From the NCBI GenBank assembly GCA_963817955.1, contig CAWFQK010000009.1:96001-160000 (forward strand): a DNA stretch of 64,000 bases. Reading direction: 5' to 3'. Shown one piece after another: positions 10,630-22,422 of this stretch. Under the pieces are notes generated by a model. It worked only from the letters and a program-made list of their open reading frames with translations. It did no database searches and had not been told where the DNA came from. The position numbers were made by a program, and so were the translations under genes. This stretch comes from an uncultured Gemmatimonadaceae bacterium. Lineage in GTDB: Bacteria > Gemmatimonadota > Gemmatimonadetes > Gemmatimonadales > Gemmatimonadaceae. Within the stretch, counting starts at the first letter, position 1. Every line of letters begins with the position of its first letter.

Positions 10630-10774
10630 GCGCGGAATATCACCATCCTGCCACTCGGTCACCACCGCCATTGGTTGCCGGCGGCGTGCGGTGCGGGTAT
10701 CATTCAGTTCATACTGAATGCTCTGAAAGTCGGGAGTGTGCAGGTGCGCCCGCAGTTCCCACAAGGAGTTTGGT

Positions 10775-11266
10775 ATGGACCGCGTCCAGCGGGAGTTCAT
10801 CGATCGGATGGGCCAGGCGGCCGAGACCGACGGCATGTCCCCGATCGCCAGCCGCCTGTTCGCGCTCCTGCTGTTGAGCGCCGAGCCGCGATCGCTCGAC
10901 GAGCTCGCCGATGAGCTCCAGGTCAGCAAGGCCAGCATCAGCACCGATGCCCGCCGCTTGCTCGAGCGCGGTGCGGTCGAGCGGGTCTCCCGGCCCGCCG
11001 ATCGCCGCGACTACTACCAACTCGCGCCCAACTTCTTTGCCGCCGTCATTCGCGCGCGCATTGCACGCTGGCGCCGCATTCAGGAAATCGCGGACGTGAT
11101 GCGCGAGACGACGCACTTGGCACCGGCGGTGCGTGAGCGGCTGGCGGAAATCGACGATGTCCACGCGGCGGTCATCGACCCGTTCGGCGAGGCGCTCACC
11201 GCGTGGGAGCAAAGCGCGCGACGCCGCTCGACGAAAGCGGCCGCGCGCCGTGGCCGCACGGCATAA
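10775..11266 (+). CDS. MarR/GbsR family transcriptional regulator
   Basis: AAGGAG RBS; wHTH segment SLDELADELQVSKASIST...RRDYY. Confidence 0.88.
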   Translation: MDRVQREFIDRMGQAAETDGMSPIASRLFALLLLSAEPRSLDELADELQVSKASISTDARRLLERGAVERVSRPADRRDYYQLAPNFFAAVIRARIARWRRIQEIADVMRETTHLAPAVRERLAEIDDVHAAVIDPFGEALTAWEQSARRRSTKAAARRGRTA

Positions 11267-11277
11267 GGACAATTGTC

Positions 11278-12894
11278 GTGGCGCAGCCGGTAGCCCTCGA
11301 AGACGAGATCACCTCCGCCGAGCGGGGCGCCAGACCACCAATCCGGTCCGACGAAGGAGATCCGCATAAATACCTCATCGCATTTGCGGTCGTCCTCGCG
11401 TCGTTGATCCAGGTCATCGATAGTTCGATCGTCAACGTCGCCCTCCCGGACATGATGGGGAATCTCGGGGCCGGCCTCGACGAGATTGCCTGGGTTTCCA
11501 CGGGCTATATCCTGGCGAGCGTCATCATCATTCCGCTCACCGGGTGGCTGGGCTCGTTCTTTGGGCGCAAGCGCTATTTCGTCGGCTCCATCGTGTTGTT
11601 CACCGCGGCCAGCTTCATGTGCGGGGCGTCGCATTCGCTGGGCATGCTCGTGCTCTGGCGCATCGTCCAGGGACTTGGCGGCGGCGCGCTCATGACGGTC
11701 TCGCAGGCCGTGCTGTTCGAATCGTTTCCACGGCGCGAGGCCGGGACGGCAATGGCGCTGTTCGGCCTCGGTGTGATGGTTGGCCCCACCATTGGACCGA
11801 CGCTCGGTGGCTGGATTACCGACAACTACGGCTGGCCGTGGATCTTCTACATCAATCTGCCGGTCGGCGTGCTCGCTGCCATCATGATTGCGAGCTACGT
11901 GCACGATCCCGAGCACCAGAAGAAACCCCCGACCATCGACTACCAGGGCATTGCGCTGCTCGCCATGAGCGTTGGCGCGCTGCAGTACCTGCTCGAGCAC
12001 GGCCAGCGCGATGACTGGTTCGATTCGCGCCTCATCATCTGGCTCGCGGTCATTGGCGTCGTTGGCGGTGCCGTCTTGCTCTGGCGCGAGCTGACCACAG
12101 AGCATCCCGTGATCGACTTTCGCGTCATGAAGCACCGGCAGATGTGGGTCGGCACCATCCTCGGCGTCGTCATGGGCGTCGGCTTGTATGCGATGTCGTT
12201 CACCCTGCCGGTGTTTCTCCAGAATAATTTGCACATGACTGCCCAGCAAACGGGCATCGCGCTGCTGCCCGGAGCGCTCGCGACGGCCGTGTCCATGGCC
12301 GTCGTGGGACGACTGACGAATCGGTTTGATCCGCGTTTGCTGATCACGCTCGGCGCGCTCGTGTTCGCGGCGGCCGCCTGGGAATTGTCGCGCATCACCG
12401 GCCAGAGCGGGCGAGAAGACTTCTTCTGGCCGTTGATCCTCCGCGGGGTCGGACTGGGATTGATGTTCGTGCCGCTCACCACTGTGACCCTCGCCGAGCT
12501 GTCGCCGCGGGAGATGCCACAGGGGGCCGGCTTGTACAATTTCTTCCGTCAACTTGGCGGCTCATTCGGCATTGCCGGAATCGCGACCCTGCTCGGGCGC
12601 TACACGGTGCAGCTTCGCACGACGCTCGGCAATCATGTGTTGGTTGGCGACCCGATCGCCATGTCGCGTCTCAATTCGTTGACCGCCGGGATGATGGCGC
12701 GCGGCGCGGACGCCTGGACCGCTCGACAGCGCGCCTTGACCATCCTGGACCGCCAACTCCTGGGGCAGGCGAGCGTGATCGCGTACAGCCGTATTTATGT
12801 CCTGAGTGCGATGGTCATGCTTGCGCTCATACCCTTGCTGCTCCTCGTGCGGCAGACCAAAGGCTCGGGCGGCGGACAAGCGATCGTGGAGTGA
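11278..12894 (+). CDS. DHA2 (EmrB/QacA) MFS efflux permease
   Basis: IDSSIVNVALP, WVSTGY, RIVQGLGGG, GPTLGGWI, WIFYINLPVG. Confidence 0.93.
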   Translation: MAQPVALEDEITSAERGARPPIRSDEGDPHKYLIAFAVVLASLIQVIDSSIVNVALPDMMGNLGAGLDEIAWVSTGYILASVIIIPLTGWLGSFFGRKRYFVGSIVLFTAASFMCGASHSLGMLVLWRIVQGLGGGALMTVSQAVLFESFPRREAGTAMALFGLGVMVGPTIGPTLGGWITDNYGWPWIFYINLPVGVLAAIMIASYVHDPEHQKKPPTIDYQGIALLAMSVGALQYLLEHGQRDDWFDSRLIIWLAVIGVVGGAVLLWRELTTEHPVIDFRVMKHRQMWVGTILGVVMGVGLYAMSFTLPVFLQNNLHMTAQQTGIALLPGALATAVSMAVVGRLTNRFDPRLLITLGALVFAAAAWELSRITGQSGREDFFWPLILRGVGLGLMFVPLTTVTLAELSPREMPQGAGLYNFFRQLGGSFGIAGIATLLGRYTVQLRTTLGNHVLVGDPIAMSRLNSLTAGMMARGADAWTARQRALTILDRQLLGQASVIAYSRIYVLSAMVMLALIPLLLLVRQTKGSGGGQAIVE

Positions 12895-13000
12895 GTGCGC
12901 ATCCGCGATGACGCAGGATGTAGATAGGCAAACCTGCCTTGAGGGAGCCCTATCCGTGGCGTAGCTTCTCCGCGACTCGTCTCCCGCTGCCCGCCTCCAC

Positions 13001-13846
13001 ATGGACACTACATCGATCGAAATTCGCCCGCTCGTCACCCACGCCGAGATGCATGCGTGCGTCGAGTTGCAGCGCGATACGTGGGGCGACAGCTTCAGTG
13101 ACGTCGTGCCGATCAGCATTCTGCAGGTTTCGCAACGCATCGGCGGCGTAGCTGCCGGCGCCTTTGCCGAGTCGGGCGCGCTGCTCGGATTCGTATTTGG
13201 GCTGACCGGCGTCGAGCACGGTCGCGTCGTCCACTGGTCCGACATGTTGGCGGTGTGCCCGGCGGCGCGGAACATCGGATTGGGACGTCGCCTCAAGGAG
13301 CACCAACGCAGGGTAGTCCGTGAGCTCGGCGGCGCCGTGATTTACTGGACCTACGATCCCCTTGTGGCACGCAACGCCCATCTGAATTTCAACAGACTGG
13401 GCGTGCGGCTCACCGAGTATGTCCAGAACATGTACGGTATCACGGATAGCGCGTTGCACGGCGGTATCGCGACGGACCGTCTCATCGTTGCGTGGCCGAC
13501 GCACGACGACGAAATCGACAAACACCTTGCGGAGTCCAACCGCGCGCTCGCGTCGGCGGATTGCCAGCAGTCACCCATCGCGTCGGAATCATGGATCGCC
13601 GGCGCGTCGGGCGCCGCTATTCTTCCGCATTGCGTGCGTGTGCAGGTCCCGGCAAATGCGGAGCGTTTGATCGCGGAATCGCCCGGTGAAGCGGAAACCT
13701 GGCGGCATGCCGTGCGCACCGGCTTACAGTGGGGACTCGCAGCCGGCTACACGGTCGCGGCGTTTGCCGCGGACGACCGTTCCGGCGGCGGCTACTACCT
13801 GATGACCCGGGCATCGCGCACATCACAGACGCTCACGCGCTCATGA
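13001..13846 (+). CDS. GNAT family acyltransferase (putative D-amino acid N-succinyltransferase)
   Basis: HWSDMLAV..ARNIGLGRRLK, WTYDPLVARNAHLN, TDRLIVAW; overlaps the start of the enolase-family gene. Confidence 0.8.
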   Translation: MDTTSIEIRPLVTHAEMHACVELQRDTWGDSFSDVVPISILQVSQRIGGVAAGAFAESGALLGFVFGLTGVEHGRVVHWSDMLAVCPAARNIGLGRRLKEHQRRVVRELGGAVIYWTYDPLVARNAHLNFNRLGVRLTEYVQNMYGITDSALHGGIATDRLIVAWPTHDDEIDKHLAESNRALASADCQQSPIASESWIAGASGAAILPHCVRVQVPANAERLIAESPGEAETWRHAVRTGLQWGLAAGYTVAAFAADDRSGGGYYLMTRASRTSQTLTRS

Positions 13847-14973
13847 CCTTGCATATCGAACGAATCACCTGTCGGGAAATTCGGCTGCCGCTCAAGGAGC
13901 CGTTTCGTATCTCGTCCGGTGTGATCAGCGATCGGCGCATTTGCCTGCTCGAGCTGACCGACGCTGACGGCGTGATCGGATGGTCGGAATGCGTGGCTGG
14001 AGAAACCCCGAACTACAGTGCCGAGACGATCGATACCGCATGGCACGCGATGAAGGAGTGGCTCATTCCGCGAGTCATCGGCCGGGAGTTCGCGCGCCCT
14101 GACGATGTCTTCGCCGCGCTCGATGAGAACATCTGTGGCCACAACATGGCAAAGGCGGCGATCGAGATGGGCTGTTGGGACGTCGAGGCTCGCCGCCAGC
14201 AAGTGTCGTTGTCCCGGCTGCTCGGGGGCACGCGCGAGGCCGTTGCCACCGGAATATCGATTGGCATTCAGACGGACCCCAATGCGCTGGCGCAGCGCGC
14301 ACGACAGGCATACGACTTGGGCTACGGCAAGATCAAAGTGAAGATCAAACCGGGGGCGGACATCGACTATGTTCGCGCGGTCCGCACCGAGCTTGGTCCT
14401 GCGGTCCAGCTCATGGCCGACGCAAACTCCGCCTACACCCTCGCCGATGCCGATCATCTCGCCGGCCTCGATGCCTTTGATCTGATCATGATCGAGCAGC
14501 CGTTGGACCGCGACGACCTGCTGCGCCACGCCGAATTGCAGCGCCGGCTCTCGACGCCCATTTGCCTGGATGAGTCCATCATCAGCGTCGCCCGCGCCGA
14601 GGACATGATCGCGTTGCGCAGCGGTCGCATCATCAACATCAAGCCCGGGCGGGTCGGCGGTTTTATGGTTTCCAAAGGCATTCACGATCTTTGCGGACGT
14701 ACCGGAATTCCCGTCTGGTGCGGCGGCATGCTCGAAAGCGGTATTGGTCGTGCGCACAATGTGGCGCTTGCGTCGCTCCCGTTCTTCTCGCTTCCCGGCG
14801 ATCTGTCTCCAAGCGGGCGATACTGGGAGCGTGACATCGTGACACCGGAATGGACAATGGACGCCGCTGGCATGGTGCGTGTTCCAGTTGAGAGGCCGGG
14901 ATTTGGCGTGACAGTCGACGTCGATCGCGTGGAGGACCTCACAGTTCGACGCGAGTCGTTCGGGCAGCGGTAA
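13843..14973 (+). CDS. menC: o-succinylbenzoate synthase / N-succinylamino acid racemase (NSAR/OSBS subfamily)
   Basis: KIKVKIKPG, DAN, IEQP, LDES, INIKPGRVGG, WCGGMLESG. Confidence 0.85.
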   Translation: MTLHIERITCREIRLPLKEPFRISSGVISDRRICLLELTDADGVIGWSECVAGETPNYSAETIDTAWHAMKEWLIPRVIGREFARPDDVFAALDENICGHNMAKAAIEMGCWDVEARRQQVSLSRLLGGTREAVATGISIGIQTDPNALAQRARQAYDLGYGKIKVKIKPGADIDYVRAVRTELGPAVQLMADANSAYTLADADHLAGLDAFDLIMIEQPLDRDDLLRHAELQRRLSTPICLDESIISVARAEDMIALRSGRIINIKPGRVGGFMVSKGIHDLCGRTGIPVWCGGMLESGIGRAHNVALASLPFFSLPGDLSPSGRYWERDIVTPEWTMDAAGMVRVPVERPGFGVTVDVDRVEDLTVRRESFGQR

Positions 14974-15049
14974 CCTGACGACGTGCGGAACCTACCCCAT
15001 TGCCGGGGTAAGGATACCGTTCCCGCGCGCCCTTCCTCTTATTGAGGTC

Positions 15050-17338
15050 ATGTCCATTCGTCATCACACGCGCTGGTGGTCGTTCGCCCTTCTGGGCGGT
15101 ATGGGCACTCTTGTCGCGTGCAGGAACGATGGCATCGCGCCGTCGAATGCGCCGCCGGCTAACATCGAGGTAGCCGGTACGCTGTCGCGCACCGCGGTTG
15201 TTGGCGTGAGCATTCCCGGCGCGCTGGCCGTGAAAGTGACCGACGCCAACGGGCGGCCGGTGGTCAACACCGCCGTCGCTCTCGCTGTGACGCTCGGGAA
15301 CGGATCGACGAGTCCACGGGTTGCCCTCACTGACGCGAACGGGCTGGCGACGGCCATGTGGACACTCGGCACCATCGTAGGCGTCAACGAAGTCACGGCG
15401 AGCGTGACCGGCGTCGACGCACAGATCAAGTTCGAAGCGACCGGCACGGCTGGACCTGTCTCGACGATCGCGTTTGCGCCGCCAAGTGCCCGCCTGCTGG
15501 TCACCGTCGATTCCACCCGCATCACGGCGCAGAGCCTCGACTCGTTCGGCAATGTCACGTCGCCCGCGCCCACGTTCACGGTGCGCGATCCCACGTTGGT
15601 CTCTATCGACTCGCTCGGCGTCATTCGCGCGCTCAGGCGTGGAGCCGGCACGTACGTAATTGCCACGGCGGGAGCGACGAGGGACAGCGCCCTGGTCACC
15701 GTGCTCGCCCCGGGGCAATCCCCGTGTACCGCAGTCGCGAACCCCGTCGATCTCGCGATCGGTCAGGTCGTGACGGACGTCTCAGGCGTCGGTTTCTGTG
15801 TCCGCGGATCGACCGACAGCGCTGAGTTTGCCCTGATTCCGTACTACAACTCCGGCGTGCCGAGTGCGAGTGCGCAGATCGGGGTGCTCGGCCAGGGCCT
15901 TTCGCCCCTGCCGCTGCCGTCACCAGCCGCGCTGTACCCGTCGATGACGGTGCGTCCGGTGTTCCCGCCGCTCATTCCGGATGACGCGTTCGAATCACGC
16001 TTACGCGATCGCGAACGCATCGAGGCTGCCAAACGAATGCCTGGTGGCGTGCCGCTGAGCGCGCGCCGCGATTTCCTGCCAGGGAAAGCAACCACGCCTG
16101 TAGTGCCCGCGATCGGCGACGTGATGAAGCTCAACGTCAATGCGATGGACTTTTGCGACAACCCGGACTTCCGTCTCGGCCGCGTGGTGGCGATCAGCGA
16201 CAGGGCGATCGTCGTGGCTGATACGGCGAATCCGCCAGGCGGCTTCACCGCAGCGGAGTATCAGTCGATTGCCGTCACCTTCGACACGCTCGTCGACCCC
16301 GTGGATCGTGGTGCGTTCGGCTCTCCGACGGACATCGACAACAACGGCCACGTGATCATGTTCTTCACCCGCGCGGTGAACGAGATGACGCCCTCGGGCG
16401 CGAACAGCGTGGTCCTCGGCTTCTTCTATCAGCGAGACCTGTATCCCAAGACGGCCTCGCCGGGGCCATGCGCGGGCAGCAACACCGGCGAACTGTTCTA
16501 CCTCATGGTGCCGGATGCGGCTGGCGTCGTCAACCAGAATCCGCGGTCGAAGGCGCAAGTGGTGTCGTTTACGAATGGCACGGTAGCGCATGAGTATCAG
16601 CACCTGATCAATGCGTCGCGGCGCATGTACGTGAACGGGGGCGGCACGAACTTCGAGGAGAAATGGCTCGATGAAGGGCTGGCCCACACTGCGGAAGAGC
16701 TGAATTTCTTCCGTGCGTCCGGCCGGACGCCGCGCTCCAATATCGACGCATCCGCCTTTAACGATCCGAAGTTCCTTGACGCCTTCTCGACATTCGAGCT
16801 CAACAATTTTCGGCGATATCAGACTTACCTTGTGCTTCCCGAAACACAGTCGCCGATCGGCTTCGACATGTTTGACGACGATTTACCAACGCGCGGCGCC
16901 ATCTGGAATTTCTTGCGATTTGCCGCCGATCACCTGGCGGTGGGCCAGGAGAACACGTTCTGGTACAACCTCGTGAACTCCAAGACGTCGGGGATCGCGA
17001 ACCTGACGAGCGCGCTCGGCGTGGCGCCCAACTCGCTGCTGCGTGACTGGGTTGTGTCGGTGTTCCTCGACGACAACGCGCCGAATGTCGATCCTCGTTT
17101 TCAGCAGCCGAGCTGGAATCTGCGTAGCGCCCTCACGGGCAGCGGCGTATCGTTGGAGTATCCGCTGGCGACGCATATCCTCAGCGATAACGTGGTGTCG
17201 AGCACGACTCTCTGGGGCAACGCCGGGTCGTTCTTTCGTTTTTCGGTAGCGAAAGGACAGGAGGCGTTGCTGACTGTGACGTCTGGCGGCCAGACTCTGC
17301 CGTCGACGGTGCAGCTCGCTATTGTCCGTGTCCGCTAA
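15050..17338 (+). CDS. Lipoprotein with Ig-like domains and a zincin metallopeptidase domain (M30-like)
   Basis: Lipobox LVAC, Big-like TDANG.A..WTLG, DIDNNG, AHEYQH and WLDEGLA. Confidence 0.75.
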   Translation: MSIRHHTRWWSFALLGGMGTLVACRNDGIAPSNAPPANIEVAGTLSRTAVVGVSIPGALAVKVTDANGRPVVNTAVALAVTLGNGSTSPRVALTDANGLATAMWTLGTIVGVNEVTASVTGVDAQIKFEATGTAGPVSTIAFAPPSARLLVTVDSTRITAQSLDSFGNVTSPAPTFTVRDPTLVSIDSLGVIRALRRGAGTYVIATAGATRDSALVTVLAPGQSPCTAVANPVDLAIGQVVTDVSGVGFCVRGSTDSAEFALIPYYNSGVPSASAQIGVLGQGLSPLPLPSPAALYPSMTVRPVFPPLIPDDAFESRLRDRERIEAAKRMPGGVPLSARRDFLPGKATTPVVPAIGDVMKLNVNAMDFCDNPDFRLGRVVAISDRAIVVADTANPPGGFTAAEYQSIAVTFDTLVDPVDRGAFGSPTDIDNNGHVIMFFTRAVNEMTPSGANSVVLGFFYQRDLYPKTASPGPCAGSNTGELFYLMVPDAAGVVNQNPRSKAQVVSFTNGTVAHEYQHLINASRRMYVNGGGTNFEEKWLDEGLAHTAEELNFFRASGRTPRSNIDASAFNDPKFLDAFSTFELNNFRRYQTYLVLPETQSPIGFDMFDDDLPTRGAIWNFLRFAADHLAVGQENTFWYNLVNSKTSGIANLTSALGVAPNSLLRDWVVSVFLDDNAPNVDPRFQQPSWNLRSALTGSGVSLEYPLATHILSDNVVSSTTLWGNAGSFFRFSVAKGQEALLTVTSGGQTLPSTVQLAIVRVR

Positions 17339-17404
17339 TCGCAAATGCAAATCCTGCGCGGTCCGATTGGGCGACCGCGACATCTCAACACCTTTCCAAA
17401 CACC

Positions 17405-17863
17405 ATGAAACGCCTGCTTCTTCTCGCGACGGCACTCACGTTGGCCGGCTGCAACCTCAACACCAGTGCGCCACCCGCCGACAATCCGAGCGATCCGGCG
17501 ACGGAAACGTTTGCTTCGAGCCTGAACGTCAACATCTCGACGATGACGAAGACGCAGAATGGCGTCTATTATAGGGACCTAGTGGTCGGGTCCGGCGCGA
17601 CGCTCACCGGGTCACCATCGGTGTTGTTCACTTATGCCGGATTCCTCAAGACCGGCAGTCTGTTTGGGCAAGAGCAAATAACGACTCCAATGCCGCTGTC
17701 GGCGCTCGTGTTCGGCGTGCAGGAGGGCATGCAAGGCATGAAGGAGGGTGGTGAGCGCCTCATGGTGATTCCGTCTGCGCTCGGCTATGGACCCAATCAG
17801 GTCAGTACCATTCCGGCGAACTCGACGCTGATATTCGACATCCGGCTCGACCAGATCCCGTAG
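17405..17863 (+). CDS. FKBP-type peptidyl-prolyl isomerase, lipoprotein
   Basis: GMKEGGERLMVIPSALGYG, IPANSTLIFDI. Confidence 0.9.
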   Translation: MKRLLLLATALTLAGCNLNTSAPPADNPSDPATETFASSLNVNISTMTKTQNGVYYRDLVVGSGATLTGSPSVLFTYAGFLKTGSLFGQEQITTPMPLSALVFGVQEGMQGMKEGGERLMVIPSALGYGPNQVSTIPANSTLIFDIRLDQIP

Positions 17864-17878
17864 CTTCGCGCTGACGCG

Positions 17879-17896
17879 CGAGACACGGGACACGAC
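17879..17896. repeat. Short heptamer repeat (GACACGG)n
   Basis: cgaGACACGG GACACGA directly before the ATG at 17897. Confidence 0.55.
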
Positions 17897-19906
17897 ATGA
17901 CCGAGCAGCCCGTCTGGACCCCATCACCCGAACAGGTCGCGCGGGCAAACCTGACTCGGTTCATTGAGCAGGTGCGCCGCATCGGTGCGCGTACCGCGTC
18001 GGTCACCGACGTTGAATCGTTGTACGCCTGGTCGGTGCGGGATCTGGAGTTGTTCTGGACAGAGGTGCGGCGATTCTGTGGGGTGATCACCGGCCCGCGC
18101 GATCCATCCATCGCCTGTGAGCGCGTGCTGATTGGACGCGACCGCGTCGCGCCGCCCGATCCGGAGGTCGGGCCGAGGTGGTTCGTCGGCACGCGCCTGA
18201 ATTTCGCCGAGAATCTGCTCCGGTACCGCGACGAGCGCGAAGCGATCGTCTTCTGGAACGAACTCGGGGCGCAGCGCCGGCTGACGTTTGCGGAGTTGTA
18301 CGATGAGGTTGCTCGTCTCGCAGTGGCGCTACGTGGCATGGGTGTTCAGGCGGGCGATCGCGTCGCCGGCTTCATGCCCAACCTGCCGGAGACGGTGATT
18401 GCCATGTTGGCCACCACGAGCCTCGGCGCGATCTGGTCGTCCTGCTCGCCGGATTTTGGCGCGAACGGCGTGCTCGACCGGTTCGGTCAGATCCAGCCGC
18501 GCGTGCTGTTCTGCGCCGATGCGTACCGCTACGGCGGACGGGAGATTGATTGTCTCGCCCGCGTTCGCGAGATCGCCGAACGCATTCCGCAGATCGAGCG
18601 CGTCGTCGTCGTACCATACCGCTCCGCCGACCCTCACATTGCATCGGTGCGAAACGCGGTGCTCTGGCAAGATTTCGCGCCGATCGCCGATCGTCCACCG
18701 TCCATCACCTTCGAGCATCTCCCGTTCGATCATCCGCTGTACATCCTGTACTCGTCGGGCACGACCGGACTGCCGAAGTGCATGGTGCATGGCGCCGGCG
18801 GCACACTGCTTCAGCATCTCAAGGAGCTGGTGCTGCACACCGACCTCACTCGCGACGATCGCATCTTCTACTTCACCACCTGTGGGTGGATGATGTGGAA
18901 CTGGCTCGTGTCGAGCCTCGCGGTGGGCGCGACGTTGGTGCTGTACGATGGCGCGCCGCTCATTCCTCACCGGCCCGTGCTGTGGGACATGGCCGCAAAG
19001 GAACGTGTCACCGTGTTCGGCACGAGCGCCAAGTGGATTGCTCTTCAGGAAAAAGCAGGACTGCACCCGCGTGAAACACACGATCTGAGCGCGCTCACAT
19101 CCATGCTGTCCACGGGCAGTCCGCTCGCCGCGAGCAGTTACGATTACGTGTACGCTCACGTGAAACCCAGCGTTCGTCTGAGCAGCATCAGCGGCGGCAC
19201 GGACATCATCTCCTGTTTTGCGCTTGGCAACCCGATCGGTCCCGTCTATCGCGGCGAGTTGCAGATGCGCGGTCTGGGGATGAAGGTCGACATCTTCGAT
19301 GACGATGGCCACTCGGTCGCGGGCCGGCCGGGAGAGCTCGTGTGCACCGCACCGTTTCCCAGCATGCCGGTGGCGTTCTGGAATGATCCCGATGGCGCGA
19401 AGTACCGGGCGGCGTACTTCGAGCGATATCCCAATGTCTGGTGTCATGGCGATTGGGCCGAGCTCACCGAGCACGGCGGCCTGATCATCACCGGCCGGAG
19501 CGACGCCACGCTCAATCCTGGTGGTGTGCGCATCGGCACTGCCGAGATCTACCGGCAAGTGGAGCAGCTTCCGGAGATCGTGGAGAGTGTCGTGATCGGC
19601 CAGGAGATCGCCAGCTCTGCGGGCCCCGACGTTCGCATTGTCCTCTTCGTGCGATTGGCGGATGGCGTGAGCCTTTCCGACGAGATCAAGGAGCGGATTC
19701 GATCTCAGATCCGGGCGAACGCGAGTCCGCACCACGTGCCCAAGAAGATCGTGCAGGTCGCCGACATTCCGCGCACGATCAGCGGCAAGATCACCGAGCT
19801 CGCGGTGCGCGACGTCGTGCATGGCCGCGCCGTCAGGAACACGGACGCGCTCGCCAACCCGCAGGCACTCGATCTGTTCCGTAACCTCGCGGAGCTCGCG
19901 ACCTGA
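17897..19906 (+). CDS. Acetoacetate--CoA ligase
   Basis: YSSGTTGLPKC.VHGAGG, YFTTCGWMMWNW, SISGGTD, GRSDATLNPGGVRIGTAE. Confidence 0.93.
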   Translation: MTEQPVWTPSPEQVARANLTRFIEQVRRIGARTASVTDVESLYAWSVRDLELFWTEVRRFCGVITGPRDPSIACERVLIGRDRVAPPDPEVGPRWFVGTRLNFAENLLRYRDEREAIVFWNELGAQRRLTFAELYDEVARLAVALRGMGVQAGDRVAGFMPNLPETVIAMLATTSLGAIWSSCSPDFGANGVLDRFGQIQPRVLFCADAYRYGGREIDCLARVREIAERIPQIERVVVVPYRSADPHIASVRNAVLWQDFAPIADRPPSITFEHLPFDHPLYILYSSGTTGLPKCMVHGAGGTLLQHLKELVLHTDLTRDDRIFYFTTCGWMMWNWLVSSLAVGATLVLYDGAPLIPHRPVLWDMAAKERVTVFGTSAKWIALQEKAGLHPRETHDLSALTSMLSTGSPLAASSYDYVYAHVKPSVRLSSISGGTDIISCFALGNPIGPVYRGELQMRGLGMKVDIFDDDGHSVAGRPGELVCTAPFPSMPVAFWNDPDGAKYRAAYFERYPNVWCHGDWAELTEHGGLIITGRSDATLNPGGVRIGTAEIYRQVEQLPEIVESVVIGQEIASSAGPDVRIVLFVRLADGVSLSDEIKERIRSQIRANASPHHVPKKIVQVADIPRTISGKITELAVRDVVHGRAVRNTDALANPQALDLFRNLAELAT

Positions 19907-20025
19907 TTCAGCCCGGCAGTCGCACTGTTTGACCTGGCCTCGCGTGGCGCTAGCATTTCGTGAGCGGCCGTGCCGCAGCCGATGTCGGGGCGAGGCCGAG
20001 AGACGACTCTAGCAGCGGAGATTCC

Positions 20026-21156
<1,131 letters not shown>

Positions 21157-21157
<1 letters not shown>

Positions 21158-22357
21158 TGCCCATCTACCACACGCTCGGAGAGATCCCGCGAAAGCGGCA
21201 CACGTCTTTCCGGCAACCCGAACGGCGCGCTCTATGCCGAGGAGTTGATGGGACACGAGGGCTTCACGGGGACGTCGTCGCTGCTCTACCACATGCATCC
21301 GCCGACGACGGTGAAGTCGGCGCGCCGGATCCGCGACGATGGCGTATGAAGCCGATCCGGACCGCACGCTGAGGCACCGGCATTTCCTCACGGCGCGCGC
21401 GCGCAAGGGCGGGAGCCCGACGCTCGATCGCACCCGATGCTGTTCAACGACGACGTCGCGATGCTCTACGTGGAGCCCGACGAGCAGGACGAGCATTTCT
21501 ATCGGAACGCGCAGTGCGATGAGGTGGTGTACGTGGCGAAGGGCGCTGGGACGCTCGAGTCGGTGTTCGGTGACTTGCCGTTCTGGCGAAGGCGACTATC
21601 TCGTCATCCATCGCGGCATCCTCCATCGGTACCGGTTCGACATGTCGAAGGAGCAGCCGAAGCTGCTCGTCATGGAGAGCCGCGGCCACGTGCGTACGCC
21701 GAAGCGCTACCGCAATGAGTTCGGCCAGCTCATGGAAGGCGCGCCGTATTCCGAGCGCGACATTCCGCGCGCCCGCTGTTGCTCACTACGCACGACGAGA
21801 TGGGCGACTTCCGTCTCTTCGTGAAGCAGTACGACGGCATCAACGAGTTCATGCTCGACCATCATCCGTTCGACGTGGTGGGCTGGGACGGGTACTTCTA
21901 CCCGTGGGCCTTCAACATCCACGACTTCGAGCCGATCGTCGGCCGCGTCCATCAGCCGCCGCCCGTGCACCAGACGTTTCCAGGGCGACGGGTTCGTCGT
22001 CTGCTCGTTCTGTCCGCGGCCATACGACTTCGATCCGAGCGCCGTGCCCGCGCCCTACAACCACAGCAACGTGGATTCAGACGAAGTGCTGTACTACGCG
22101 TCGAGCGAGTTCATGAGCCGTAAGGGCATCGAGTTCGGCAGCGATCACCCACCATCCCGACGGGATTCCGCACGGGCCCCATCCCGGGCCGCGCCGAGGC
22201 ATCGATCGGCGCGAAGGGCACGAACGAGCTCGCCGTGATGATGGACAGCTTCCGGCCACTCAAGGTCGCCAAGCAGGCGCTCGCATTCGAGGATCCGAAC
22301 TACTACAAGAGTTGGATCGACGAGCAGTACACTGGATTCAATCCGCCCACCACGTAG
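21157..22357 (+). pseudogene. hmgA: Homogentisate 1,2-dioxygenase, multiply frameshifted (likely sequence error)
   Basis: MPIYHTLGEIPRKRH, HHPFDVVGWDG, VHQPPPVHQTF, APYNHSNVDSDEVLYY, ELAVMMD spread across reading frames. Confidence 0.85.
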
Positions 22358-22376
22358 CGTGAGCAGCTGTCATGGT

Positions 22377-22410
22377 GACGGGACACGGGACACGGGACAC
22401 GGGACACGAG
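22377..22410. repeat. Heptamer tandem repeat (GGGACAC)4
   Basis: Direct reading; lies between the convergent hmgA and YceH-family genes. Confidence 0.9.
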
Positions 22411-22422
22411 AACTGAGCAGGA

